46,269 bases of DNA from Desulfobacteraceae bacterium. GTDB lineage: Bacteria > Desulfobacterota > DSM-4660 > Desulfatiglandales > Desulfatiglandaceae. The stretch covers positions 1-46,269 of the forward strand of contig DAOUXC010000001.1 of the NCBI GenBank assembly GCA_030666795.1, read 5' to 3'. Within the stretch, counting starts at the first letter, position 1. Each line of letters opens with the position of its first letter. The notes below the pieces were generated by a model. That model was not told the origin of the DNA, did no database searches, and worked only from the letters and a program-made list of their open reading frames with translations. A program made the position numbers and the translations under genes. Positions 16,766-26,163 of this stretch are shown here, piece by piece.

Positions 16766-19150
16766 TTATAACCCCAATCCCAGAAGCATGCCCACCTGCC
16801 TGATGACAAGGGCCACTACGTAGGCGACAATAATGTTGAACCCGATGGAAAATCCCGCCCATTTCCAGGAACTTTCCCTCCGGATCATGATAACGGTCAC
16901 AAAGCAGGGGACATAGAGCATTGTAAAGATGATGAGAGTAAAGGCCAGTAATGGATTCCAGCCCGGTTCTTTTTTCAGCCTCTTGGATAGGGATCCTGCG
17001 TCATCAGGATCCACGTCACCTAACGAATATGCGGTCCCCAAAGCGGATACAACCACTTCCTTAGCGGCAAACCCCCCCACAAGGGCAATGTTGGTACGAT
17101 AATCAAAGCCCAATGGCCTGGTGACTGTCTCCAACTTCTGGCCGATCCATCCGGCCATAGTCCCTTTTAGCCGGGCCTGTTGTTCGCTCATGTCCGTATC
17201 AATCATATCGCTTTTGAAATTTATGTACCGTGCGGCAGCGTTAAGTTGTGCACTGGTTAACTTGTTTTTTGCGAAATCTCCCTTTTCAAGAAAAACGGCC
17301 GCCTTTACAAGGGGAAACAGAGGCTTCTTCTCCAGGTCTTTGACAGCGGCCATGTCCTTTTCGTCCATGGCCTTGTCATAGGAATCAAACAGTTCGTTTA
17401 AATCTGTGAGGGCCTTTTCGTCCTTGAGCATTCCTCTGACATCAGGTGAAGCAAGAAAGGATTTTGTAATCTTCCGGCGATTATCCTCAAAAGACCTTTG
17501 TTTTTCCGTGGAAATTTCCGGAAAGGTCATCATTCCCCATAGGATGATGGAGATCCCCAGTATAACCGTACCCGCCTTTTTGACATACTGCCAGGTCCTT
17601 TCCCATGTATGGATCAAAAGTCCCCTGAGCGTGGGCATACGGTATGGAGGAAGTTCCATGACAAAGGGGGTCTTGGGACCGGTCAGGACCGTGGATCGAA
17701 TGATCTTGGCCGCAAACAGGGCAAAGGCCCAGGAGAGAATTGTGAGTATGAAGAGCATTCGGGCCTTGTGTGCGGAAAAAAAAGCCGCAATGAGCACCGC
17801 ATATATCGGCAGTTTGGCCCCGCAGTTCATAAAAGGGACCACTAAAAGGGTGGCAATCCTCTCTTTAGGGTCCCTCAGTGTCCTTGCGGCCATGACACCG
17901 GGCACGGCGCAGCCGCCGGAGATACCGCCGCTTATGATGAGTGCCATAACGGAATTCCCGTGAAGTCCGAACCAGCGTAATACCCTGTCCAGCATGTAGG
18001 CCACCCGAGCCATGTATCCCGCATCCTCCATGATAGCAATGGCGAAAAACATGAACATGATAAGAGGAACAAAGCCAAGTACACCGCCTACTCCGTCAAT
18101 GATACCGGATACGATCAGGGATTGCATGTATCCTTCCGGAAGCACTGAAGAGATCACCCAACCAAGCCCCTCGAAAAAAGCTTCGCACCATCTGACCGGA
18201 ACCTCGCTAGCCCAGAAAGTAAATTCATAGATTGCATAGAGTATGGCCAACATTATTACCGGGCCGATTACACGGTTTGTCAGGACCTTATCAATCTTGT
18301 CCGAGACATTAATGCGTGATTCAATCTTTCGCCTGATTGCCTTTTTGGTTATACCCGCGATGAAACCATAGCGATGGTCTGCGATAATGCCTTCAGGTTC
18401 GTCCTCAAGGGTATTCATAATGTGCCTGAAGATACGCCGGCAGATGGTATCAATCTGTTCACCCGCTTCAGGATCCCTTTTCAGCAGATCCACGATCTGC
18501 TTGTCCCCTTCCAGGCATTTAAGGGCACGCCATCTGGAAGGATATTTGGGGTCAAAAATCGTAGATTCCCGGATAATCTCCTCTATCTCATCCAGGCTTC
18601 GGTCGATGTCCATACCGTAGGAGATTACAGCAGGACTCCATTGTTCATCGCCATCACCGGCTACCTCGACGACTTTATCCAAGAGTTCCCGAATGCCCTT
18701 GTTTGACCGGGCCACCATGGGTATGACCGGCACGTCCAAGAGTTCGGATAACTGCTTGTGGTCCACGATAATGCCCCTGGATTCCGCAACATCCACCATG
18801 TTGAGGGCAATGACAAGAGGTATACCCAGTTCCCTGAACTGCACTGCCAGATAAAGATTCCTGTCCAGATTGGAAGCATCCACAATGTCAACCACCAGGT
18901 CCGGGCGTTCATTGACCAGAAAATTCCTGGCCACAATCTCTTCTAAGGAATAAGCGGTCAGGGAATAGGTCCCCGGGAGGTCTACCACCTCTATTTCATA
19001 TCCCTTGTGGGCAACTTTCCCGACCTTTTTCTCCACGGTCACACCCGGATAATTAGCGATTTCCTGCCTGGCTCCGGTCATGGCATTGAACACCGTGGTC
19101 TTGCCGGCATTGGGATTTCCTGAAAGGGCAATGGTAAATTTCTTTTTCAT
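16766..19150 (-). CDS. feoB: ferrous iron transporter FeoB (system 1)
   Basis: 794 aa. G-domain GNPNAGKTT, DLPGTYSL, NMVD, and a polytopic C-terminal permease with CAVPGVMA gate motif. Confidence 0.95.
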   Translation of the reverse strand: MKKKFTIALSGNPNAGKTTVFNAMTGARQEIANYPGVTVEKKVGKVAHKGYEIEVVDLPGTYSLTAYSLEEIVARNFLVNERPDLVVDIVDASNLDRNLYLAVQFRELGIPLVIALNMVDVAESRGIIVDHKQLSELLDVPVIPMVARSNKGIRELLDKVVEVAGDGDEQWSPAVISYGMDIDRSLDEIEEIIRESTIFDPKYPSRWRALKCLEGDKQIVDLLKRDPEAGEQIDTICRRIFRHIMNTLEDEPEGIIADHRYGFIAGITKKAIRRKIESRINVSDKIDKVLTNRVIGPVIMLAILYAIYEFTFWASEVPVRWCEAFFEGLGWVISSVLPEGYMQSLIVSGIIDGVGGVLGFVPLIMFMFFAIAIMEDAGYMARVAYMLDRVLRWFGLHGNSVMALIISGGISGGCAVPGVMAARTLRDPKERIATLLVVPFMNCGAKLPIYAVLIAAFFSAHKARMLFILTILSWAFALFAAKIIRSTVLTGPKTPFVMELPPYRMPTLRGLLIHTWERTWQYVKKAGTVILGISIILWGMMTFPEISTEKQRSFEDNRRKITKSFLASPDVRGMLKDEKALTDLNELFDSYDKAMDEKDMAAVKDLEKKPLFPLVKAAVFLEKGDFAKNKLTSAQLNAAARYINFKSDMIDTDMSEQQARLKGTMAGWIGQKLETVTRPLGFDYRTNIALVGGFAAKEVVVSALGTAYSLGDVDPDDAGSLSKRLKKEPGWNPLLAFTLIIFTMLYVPCFVTVIMIRRESSWKWAGFSIGFNIIVAYVVALVIRQVGMLLGLGL

Positions 19151-19160
19151 GTTCCGAGCC

Positions 19161-19388
19161 CTATTCCGGTTCGTCCACTTCCACTAGTATGTTGCTCGCC
19201 TCGTTGTTACGGAGTGTCAGGACATAATCCCTGATCTTGACGGCAACGGGGTCTTTGAGAGGCGCCCGTCCCCGGATCTGGATGGGGGTGTCGGGAACGA
19301 GTCCCATTTCCCTTATCCTTCTTCCCATGTTGCCGGTGGCCGATACTTTCCTTATGATGCCCTTCTGATTATCCGACATCTGTCGCAT
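19161..19388 (-). CDS. feoA: FeoA family protein (system 1)
   Basis: FeoA pattern G..RRIREMGLVPDTPIQI. Start is uncertain (TTG 19412, ATG 19388 or ATG 19379). Confidence 0.8.
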   Translation of the reverse strand: MRQMSDNQKGIIRKVSATGNMGRRIREMGLVPDTPIQIRGRAPLKDPVAVKIRDYVLTLRNNEASNILVEVDEPE

Positions 19389-19617
19389 TTTAATTGTTTT
19401 CTTTGTCCCCAAGTTTTTATACCCCCTGCCCCGTAAAATGTGAGCTTTTTACAAGACATCCATTTTGACTGAATTTCGCATAATGTAATTCTTTTGGCAT
19501 CCATATGCAAGCGCCTTTTTCAAACCCGCATGCAGTCTCATCCCTGTGCTCTTCCCTCTTAAATGTGGCCATATGGATAGGAAATCATTAAAAAATAAAT
19601 ATATTCCAAAAAAGCGC

Positions 19618-19653
19618 TTGACATGATTTAGGACCTGCTTTATAAGTTAGGCA
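19618..19653 (+). promoter_or_regulatory. sigma70-like promoter of feoAB-2 with TTAGGA and TTAGGCA motifs
   Basis: TTGACA-17 nt-TATAAG. TTAGGA at 19628 and TTAGGCA at 19647, the same 19-nt offset as at the dtxR-like promoter. Confidence 0.55.
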
Positions 19654-19745
19654 ACCCAAACTTATTTTGTTTAAATATATATTTTTTGTTAACCAGCATA
19701 TATCTCGATAAGCTTTAAATCCAGAAAGGTAAAAGGAAAACAACC

Positions 19746-19976
19746 ATGAAATTAACATTAGACGATTTGAAACCGGGCATTGAATGTCTTGTCAAGAAGC
19801 TGAACGCCAAAGATAAACTCGGGCAGAGACTCATGGACATGGGAGTTTACCCGGGTCTCAGGTTAAAAGTGGTCCGCAACGCCCCCCTTGAGGACCCTAT
19901 GGAGCTGGAATTGGACGGGTTCTATGTAAGCCTGCGACACGAAGAAGCGAAATATGTAGAGGTGGAGCGGGTATGA
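19746..19976 (+). CDS. feoA: FeoA family protein (system 2)
   Basis: 76 aa. LKPG...V..L......GQRLMDMGVYPGLRLKVV FeoA pattern. ATGA overlap with feoB. Confidence 0.9.
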   Translation: MKLTLDDLKPGIECLVKKLNAKDKLGQRLMDMGVYPGLRLKVVRNAPLEDPMELELDGFYVSLRHEEAKYVEVERV

Positions 19977-22441
19977 AGAGAGAAAAGAGGCTTGTTGCCT
20001 TAGCCGGGCAACCCAATAGCGGAAAATCCACGGTGTTCAATTCTCTTACCGGCGCAAGCCAGCACGTGGCCAACTATCCCGGTGTAACGGTTGAAAAAAT
20101 GACCGGGCACTACAGGCATGAAGGCATCAGGGTGGAGGTTGTTGACCTTCCGGGGACCTATTCTCTGACCTCCTTCTCATTGGAAGAGAAGGTTTCTCGG
20201 GATTTTTTGCTCCATGAAAAGCCGTCCGTTGTGGTCAACGTGGCCGACGCCTCAAATTTGAAACGGAACCTGTATCTTACCTTTCAGTTGCTGGAAATGG
20301 AAATTCCCGTTGTAGTGGATCTCAACATGATGGACGTGGCCGAGAGAAGAAACATCGAAATCGATGTTAAAGAACTGGGCCGGCAGTTAGGGGCAGATGT
20401 TGTCCCTACAGTCATTAAGAGCGGAAAGGGTAAAAGGAGACTCCTCAAGTCCATCCGCACGGCCTCGCTTTCGGAGAAACCCTTTGAGCCCCTGCGCATA
20501 GACTACGGACCAATGGAACCCTTTCTGGCAAAGATCGAAACCAGGCTTTCCATGGAAAAGTCCCTTGCCGGGAAATACCCTTTCAGATGGTTTTCGGTCA
20601 AGCTTATGGAGGGTGATGGCGAGGCCCGGGAATTGCTAAAAAAACACCTTGCAGACCCCGGTCAAGTCCTGGAATTGGCTGACAAAGAAAGAGAGTCCTT
20701 CGAGTCGGAGCATGACGAGCCCCCGGAAAAACATATTGCTTTTCGCAGGCACCTTGTGGCGAATGAAATCAGCAGATCATGCATAAAACCCAAAGAAGGC
20801 AAGAAAACACCCTTGTCGGACAGGGCCGACAAGTTTGTCTGCCACCGGTTCCTGGGCCCTGCTTTCCTGGTTGGGGTTATATATTTGCTCTATTATCTTT
20901 CCATCGTCCAGGGGTATAATATTACAAACTACACATGGCCTTTACTTGCCAGGCTCAGGAGCCTTACCGAGGCGATTCTACCTGCTCAGGGGTTCATAGA
21001 TGAGCCTCTTGTACGTTCTTTTTCCCTGTGGTTCGTGGACAGCATCAACGCCCTGTTAAACTATATCCCTATCTTTTTCATCCTGTTCGGTCTTATCGCC
21101 GTTTTGGAGGACAGCGGTTATATGCCGAGGATGGCCTTTATCCTCGACAGGCTTTTCAACAAATTCGGCCTGCACGGTCAGTCAACCCTGCCCATGGTCT
21201 TAGGCGGTATTTATGTGGGCGGTTGCGCCGTGCCCGGTGTGATGGCCACAAAGGGTATCCCGGACGAAAGGTCCAGGCTGGCGACTATCATGATTATCCC
21301 CCTGTTGAACTGTCTTGCAAAAGTCCCCCTGTATGTTTTGCTGATCAACATATATTTTGCCGGGTATAAGGGCCTGGCAATGTTTTTTATTGCCACCATA
21401 AGCCTCCTGATGGCCCTTCCGGTGGCAAAGCTCCTGACCCTCACGGTCCTGAAAAACAGGGATACTGCTCCATTTATTATGGAGATGCCACCGTACCACA
21501 TACCTACGATCCGGGGAGTTTTAGGCCGCGCAGTGGAAAGGGTCTGGCTCTTTATCCGCAAGATTATCACAATTGTGGCGGCCATAGCGGTCATCATCTT
21601 TGTGCTGCTCCAGTTCCCCGGTCTCAGTGACGAGAGAAAGGCCCATTACACAATGGAAAAGGAAAAGTCCATAACGGCTTTTTACAAAAAGATAAAAGGC
21701 AACCCTTATACGGAAAAACTGGAGGGGGAGAACCTCATGGCCCTGGTCCTTTACTGGGATGAATACAAAACAGCCAAGATGATGACCACAGGCGAAGAGG
21801 CAACAAAGCTCCTGAATCAGAAATTCGAGGAAAAGAACCCGGATTTTTTCAAAATCGTTCAGCCCAAAAAGGACAAGACCGCAAAAAAGGTAAACAGGGC
21901 TTTTAAAAAACTCTTCAAGGCAAGGAAAAAGCTCTTAAGAGAGATAAAAAAGGAGAAGATCGATAACAGTTTCTTAGGACGCCTCGGCCATTCAATAGTA
22001 CCCTTCACACAATGGGCGGGCTTTAACTGGCGTGTCAATGTGTCGCTGCTGAGTGCCTTTGCAGCCAAGGAAAGCAGCGTGGCCACTCTTGGCGCCCTTT
22101 ATCAGCAGGAGGAAGAAGGGGAAACCCTTGAGACGAGAATGGAGAAAGGAGAAGCGGGCTTTACTTCGCTTCATGCCCTGGCCCTGATGCTCTTCATGGT
22201 CCTGTACCCCCCCTGTATCGCCACAACTATTATGGTCAAGGTCCAGTCCGGATCATACCGGTGGATGCTTTTTTCCATGATCTACCCGATTGTCCTCGGG
22301 TTTATGGTAGCAACCCTTGTTTTTACCGGCGGCACGGCTCTGGGACTAAACGGCCTGCAGGCGATGGCTGCATTTTTCGGACTGGCCTTGGGAACTACTA
22401 TTATTATGGGTTTTGTTAAGAATAGGCCCATATCCATGTGA
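19973..22441 (+). CDS. feoB: ferrous iron transporter FeoB (system 2)
   Basis: 822 aa. GQPNSGKST, DLPGTYSL, NMMD G-domain motifs and permease with CAVPGVMA. Confidence 0.95.
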   Translation: MKREKRLVALAGQPNSGKSTVFNSLTGASQHVANYPGVTVEKMTGHYRHEGIRVEVVDLPGTYSLTSFSLEEKVSRDFLLHEKPSVVVNVADASNLKRNLYLTFQLLEMEIPVVVDLNMMDVAERRNIEIDVKELGRQLGADVVPTVIKSGKGKRRLLKSIRTASLSEKPFEPLRIDYGPMEPFLAKIETRLSMEKSLAGKYPFRWFSVKLMEGDGEARELLKKHLADPGQVLELADKERESFESEHDEPPEKHIAFRRHLVANEISRSCIKPKEGKKTPLSDRADKFVCHRFLGPAFLVGVIYLLYYLSIVQGYNITNYTWPLLARLRSLTEAILPAQGFIDEPLVRSFSLWFVDSINALLNYIPIFFILFGLIAVLEDSGYMPRMAFILDRLFNKFGLHGQSTLPMVLGGIYVGGCAVPGVMATKGIPDERSRLATIMIIPLLNCLAKVPLYVLLINIYFAGYKGLAMFFIATISLLMALPVAKLLTLTVLKNRDTAPFIMEMPPYHIPTIRGVLGRAVERVWLFIRKIITIVAAIAVIIFVLLQFPGLSDERKAHYTMEKEKSITAFYKKIKGNPYTEKLEGENLMALVLYWDEYKTAKMMTTGEEATKLLNQKFEEKNPDFFKIVQPKKDKTAKKVNRAFKKLFKARKKLLREIKKEKIDNSFLGRLGHSIVPFTQWAGFNWRVNVSLLSAFAAKESSVATLGALYQQEEEGETLETRMEKGEAGFTSLHALALMLFMVLYPPCIATTIMVKVQSGSYRWMLFSMIYPIVLGFMVATLVFTGGTALGLNGLQAMAAFFGLALGTTIIMGFVKNRPISM

Positions 22442-22510
22442 AAGCCAAAGATTACTGAACGGTTTTTCAAGAATGGACCAAAATCAACAAGATGAAAGGA
22501 GGTGAGTATT

Positions 22511-22831
22511 GTGACAAAGAGGTTTTTTATAATAGGACTATTGGCCTTCGGCCTGTTCTTAGCAGGGCAGGTTTTTGCCCATACCCCGCTTTGCTCGTGT
22601 TACGACAACGGGGATGGAACCGTTACCTGCGAAGGCGGTTTTTCTGACGGTTCCTCGGCGGCCGGTGTGGAAATGAGAGTACTGGATGCGGCAGGAAAGG
22701 TCCTGATAAAGGGTAAAATGGACGATGACAGCGAGTTTACCTTCAAGAAACCGAAAGGGCCTTACAAGGTCCAGTTTGACGCCGGGCCTGGTCATCTCGT
22801 GGAGATCGACGGTAAGGACATTGTAGAGTAA
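22511..22831 (+). CDS. small secreted His/Cys protein (beta-sandwich-like), unknown function
   Basis: GTG 22511 is preferred (AAGGAGG 8 nt upstream). Signal peptide ...GQVFA|HTPLCSCYDNGDGTVTCEGG. About 83-aa mature protein. Confidence 0.6.
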   Translation: MTKRFFIIGLLAFGLFLAGQVFAHTPLCSCYDNGDGTVTCEGGFSDGSSAAGVEMRVLDAAGKVLIKGKMDDDSEFTFKKPKGPYKVQFDAGPGHLVEIDGKDIVE

Positions 22832-22983
22832 AAACCGGCAGACGTCCGAATATAACCGGTGGAGAGCGAGGAGGGGGATGACCTCCTCGCCCTTTTTAAA
22901 AGGCACTCCGGCAATTAAAGGGAGACCTTTGTCATTTTATACCACACTAAAAAATGAAAACACAAGATTAAGGAGGAGGAATA

Positions 22984-23808
22984 ATGAAGAAGATGATGTT
23001 TGTTATTATTGGATTGGCGGTGCTGGCTTTAAGCGTTCCCGCTTATGCCCATTTTCAAATGATCTATACACCCGATGCGGCCCTTACAAAAAGCGCCAAG
23101 ATAAATCTCAAGATGGTATTTACCCATCCCTTTGAGGCAGGACATACCATGGACATCGGGAAAGACGAAAAAGGGAGTATCCACCCCCCCCTCGCCTTTG
23201 GTGAGATGCACAAGGGCAAGAAAAAAGACCTGCTTGACATGTTAAGACCTATTACTTTTGCCAGTCTTACAAATAGCGGAAAGGCATATGAGACCAGCGT
23301 AAGGCTTAAAGGGATGGGAGATCATATCTTCTACTTTGTGCCTGCGCCCTATTATGAGGGGTCGGAGGACATCTATATCCAGCATTGTACCAAGGTCATA
23401 TTAAACATTGCAGGTGCACCAACGGATTGGGATACGCCGGTAGGCGATCCTCTGCCCGTGGAGATTATCCCTCTCGACAAACCCTATGCCCTCTGGGTCG
23501 GTAATGTCTTCCGGGGCATAGTTACATGCAAAGGGAAACCGGTCTCCAATGCCGAGATAGAGGTGGAATACCTCAACCATGATGTGGAGGGAAATTCCTT
23601 TGCCAAGGAGGCCAAAGCAGAGGCACCCAATGATGCCCTGGTTACCATGACCATAAAGGCAGACGTAAACGGTGTTTTCACCTTTGGTATCCCAAGGGCG
23701 GGCTGGTGGGGTTTTGCAGCCCTTGGTGCAGGCGGAGACCTCAAGCACAACGGCAAGGAGCTGTCCCGGGACGCGGTTATCTGGGTCCAGGCCGTGGACA
23801 TGAAATAG
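22984..23808 (+). CDS. DUF4198 periplasmic Ni/Co-uptake-associated protein (copy 2)
   Basis: 274 aa. AAGGAGGAGG RBS. Signal peptide ...VPAYA|HFQMIYTP. Domain pattern as in copy 1. Confidence 0.8.
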   Translation: MKKMMFVIIGLAVLALSVPAYAHFQMIYTPDAALTKSAKINLKMVFTHPFEAGHTMDIGKDEKGSIHPPLAFGEMHKGKKKDLLDMLRPITFASLTNSGKAYETSVRLKGMGDHIFYFVPAPYYEGSEDIYIQHCTKVILNIAGAPTDWDTPVGDPLPVEIIPLDKPYALWVGNVFRGIVTCKGKPVSNAEIEVEYLNHDVEGNSFAKEAKAEAPNDALVTMTIKADVNGVFTFGIPRAGWWGFAALGAGGDLKHNGKELSRDAVIWVQAVDMK

Positions 23809-23864
23809 GTCTTTTGTTCCTCATAAAGCAATCTTTAAATTTCGAAAAGCGGAGGCATAATTTT

Positions 23865-25160
23865 ATGAAAATTCTGATGAAAATGGTTTTGTATATGGTA
23901 GTTTTGGGGGTTGCTTTTTCAGCCCCTGCCTTTGGTGAAAGTCTGTCCAACTATGAACTAATGCAGGAACTGAAGGCTATGAAGTCTCGAATTGAAACGC
24001 TTGAAAAAGAGTTGGCCAAAAAGGATACGGAAATGGAGGCTATGAAGCAGGATATGCACAAGGCCCACATTGCCGGCTCCGGTAAAGAGGCCGGCGCGCC
24101 TGCCGAAGGTGAACCGGAAGGGCCGAAGTGGTATGACAGGATAGAACTTTCAGGTGCCGTTGAGGTAGAGTTCGGCAATATCCATGAAGACTTCAAGGAC
24201 AATACGGTTGCAGGTCTGCCGTCAGACAAGGTCCAGGAGCATGATTTGACCCTTGCGACCGTGGAATTGGGTGTGGATTCCCAAATCAACAAGTATACCA
24301 AGGGACATATCCTTTTCCTCTATGAGGAGGATGAGGATGGTGACAGGGTACGGCTTGACGAGGGGACTATTTTCTTGGGCGGCATTGAAGAGACCTATGG
24401 CTTCTATCTTTTGGCCGGTAAATATTATCCCCATTTCGGTGAATTAAACACATTTCTCGTGTCCGATCCTCTTACCCTGGAGATTTTTGAAATCCGGGAA
24501 TCGGCGGCCCAGGTGGGATGGGAGAATGACTGGTTTTCCGTTGGGGCCGGTGCATTCAACGGGGACGTCCAGGAAGACTTTAACCGGGAAAACAACCGGA
24601 TCAACGGTTTTTTCGCAGATGTAAATATGCATAATCCCGAAGGAACATTAGGAGGCGTCTCATTGCTTATGGGACTCTCTTATCTCAGCAGTGTGGCGGA
24701 CAGCGACACCCTTGAGGGTGAGGTGAACGATAACAACGTTGACGGAAATATCAATGATGTCAGTGACTATGTGGGAGGTATTGCGACATATCTTGTGGCG
24801 GAATACGGGGCATTCAGTTTTGGGGCCGAATACATTGCGGCCCTGGATGATTTCAGGGCAGGAGAGATGGCCTATGCGGTAGACAGACTCGGCGCAGCCA
24901 GAGACACGAGACCTGTTGCATGGAATTTCGAGTTTGCCTACAGGCCCATAGACAATGTCCAGTTGGCCGTCAGGTATGAAGGGTCCGACGAGATGTACGA
25001 TCTCTTCCCGGAAGACCAGTATGGTTTTGCAGTGAGCTGGGAGCTTTTCAAATATACTACGCTTTCGGCGGAATATCTCCACGGGGAATATGAGGATAAC
25101 GGCACGACTGTGGACAGAGACCAGGATATATTTACCATGCAGTTGGCCATTGAATTCTGA
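23865..25160 (+). CDS. outer-membrane beta-barrel porin with N-terminal coiled coil
   Basis: Listed ORF trimmed to ATG 23865 (GCGGAGG RBS). Signal peptide, ELMQELKAMKSRIETLEKELAKKD coiled coil, alternating beta pattern, C-terminal ...MQLAIEF. Confidence 0.65.
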   Translation: MKILMKMVLYMVVLGVAFSAPAFGESLSNYELMQELKAMKSRIETLEKELAKKDTEMEAMKQDMHKAHIAGSGKEAGAPAEGEPEGPKWYDRIELSGAVEVEFGNIHEDFKDNTVAGLPSDKVQEHDLTLATVELGVDSQINKYTKGHILFLYEEDEDGDRVRLDEGTIFLGGIEETYGFYLLAGKYYPHFGELNTFLVSDPLTLEIFEIRESAAQVGWENDWFSVGAGAFNGDVQEDFNRENNRINGFFADVNMHNPEGTLGGVSLLMGLSYLSSVADSDTLEGEVNDNNVDGNINDVSDYVGGIATYLVAEYGAFSFGAEYIAALDDFRAGEMAYAVDRLGAARDTRPVAWNFEFAYRPIDNVQLAVRYEGSDEMYDLFPEDQYGFAVSWELFKYTTLSAEYLHGEYEDNGTTVDRDQDIFTMQLAIEF

Positions 25161-25190
25161 GGGACGTTTTAAAACCTGCTATGTCAAAAG

Positions 25191-25227
25191 GCCTGCGGTA
25201 CGGATAAATATTTCCGTTGCCGCAGGC
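25191..25227 (+). terminator. stem-loop after the porin gene
   Basis: GCCTGCGG...CCGCAGGC (8 bp) plus inner ACGGA/TCCGT. No clear U-tract. Confidence 0.35.
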
Positions 25228-25252
25228 ACAAAATACAAAGAAGAAAAGAGCA

Positions 25253-25414
25253 ATGCCGGCTTTAGGCCTGGCCATTGTTTATGCCATTGTCAGGGACCAT
25301 AACGGCTGGATCGATGTGGAGAGCAAGGCAGGGAAAGGAACCCGTTTCACGATCTATTTCCCGGTCAAGGATCAGGGCGGGCCCATATGCCTGGATAATG
25401 ATCCTTCTTATTGA
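25253..25414 (+). pseudogene. C-terminal remnant of a sensor histidine kinase (HATPase_c G2 box)
   Basis: [35 protein letters not shown] is a kinase C-terminus with nothing upstream. It is followed in another frame (25398-25451) by [12 protein letters not shown], a receiver-domain N-terminus that stops after 17 codons. Confidence 0.6.
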
Positions 25415-25422
25415 GGACAAAG

Positions 25423-26163
25423 ATGAAATCATCACACAGGCTGGCGGATGATGACCATCCTCTGGTTCGAGAGACCGCTGAGAGGCTGACCAGGGGAGAG
25501 ACATCCCCGCTGGGGAAGCTGGAAAGATTGTTTTACTATGTCCGTGACAAAATCCTTTTCGGCTTTCCCAAAGACGGGGACCTGGTGAAGGCATCCGAGA
25601 CCATAAGGCTCGGAATGGGCCAGTGCAATACCAAGGGTACGCTGCTCCTTGCCTTGTGCAGTGCCGCCGGGATTCCCGCGCGCATCCACTTCTCCCTCAT
25701 AAAAAAGGAGATACAGAGGGGCCTCTTCACCCAGATCGGCTATGCCCTGTTGCCGCCTTTGCTCTCCCACAGTTGGGTGGAAGTGGAGATAGAGGGGAGG
25801 TGGCGCAGGCTTGATTCGTTTATCAATGACATGGCGTTCTACAGGGCAGGCAAAAAGGCCCTTGAGGAAAAGGGGTGGGACACGGGATATTCCATTTCAT
25901 TTTCCAGAGGAGAGTCGAGTGCCGACTTCAATATTGAAGACGAAAAATTCGTCCAGATGGATGCGGTTGTCGCGGATCATGGTTTCTGGGATGATCCTTC
26001 AGACTATTACAGAACCGACAACTACAGAAACCGGCCCAATCTCCTGAAAATGCTCCTTTACAGGTTCCTAATCAAGAGGGTCAATTACAGAGTGGCGCGC
26101 ATTAGATCGGCATCCTCCATGGAACATGATGATCTTAACAGGGAATTACATAATGGAGGCTGA
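25423..26163 (+). CDS. transglutaminase-like cysteine protease-fold protein
   Basis: GMGQCNTKGTLLLALCSAAGIPARIHF (Cys) and SHSWVEVEIEGRWRRLD (His/Asp) triad pattern. ATG 25423 is preferred over TTG 25411. Confidence 0.8.
   Translation: MKSSHRLADDDHPLVRETAERLTRGETSPLGKLERLFYYVRDKILFGFPKDGDLVKASETIRLGMGQCNTKGTLLLALCSAAGIPARIHFSLIKKEIQRGLFTQIGYALLPPLLSHSWVEVEIEGRWRRLDSFINDMAFYRAGKKALEEKGWDTGYSISFSRGESSADFNIEDEKFVQMDAVVADHGFWDDPSDYYRTDNYRNRPNLLKMLLYRFLIKRVNYRVARIRSASSMEHDDLNRELHNGG

Noticed and set aside
19495-19509. Sigma54-like TGGCAT-N5-TGCA upstream of feoA2.
   Set aside because: The GG-to-GC spacing is one nt shorter than the canonical -24/-12 arrangement, and a good sigma70 promoter lies closer to the gene.
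23706-23864. Long N-terminal extensions of listed ORFs: 23706 for the porin, 28023 for MarR, 13921 for the DUF2325 protein, 12824 for the HTH gene, 31401 for the LolA-like gene and 1883 for CooT.
   Set aside because: The extensions overlap upstream genes or promoters, lack an RBS, and precede internal starts that do have an RBS and give family-typical N-termini (signal peptide, MCEA and others).
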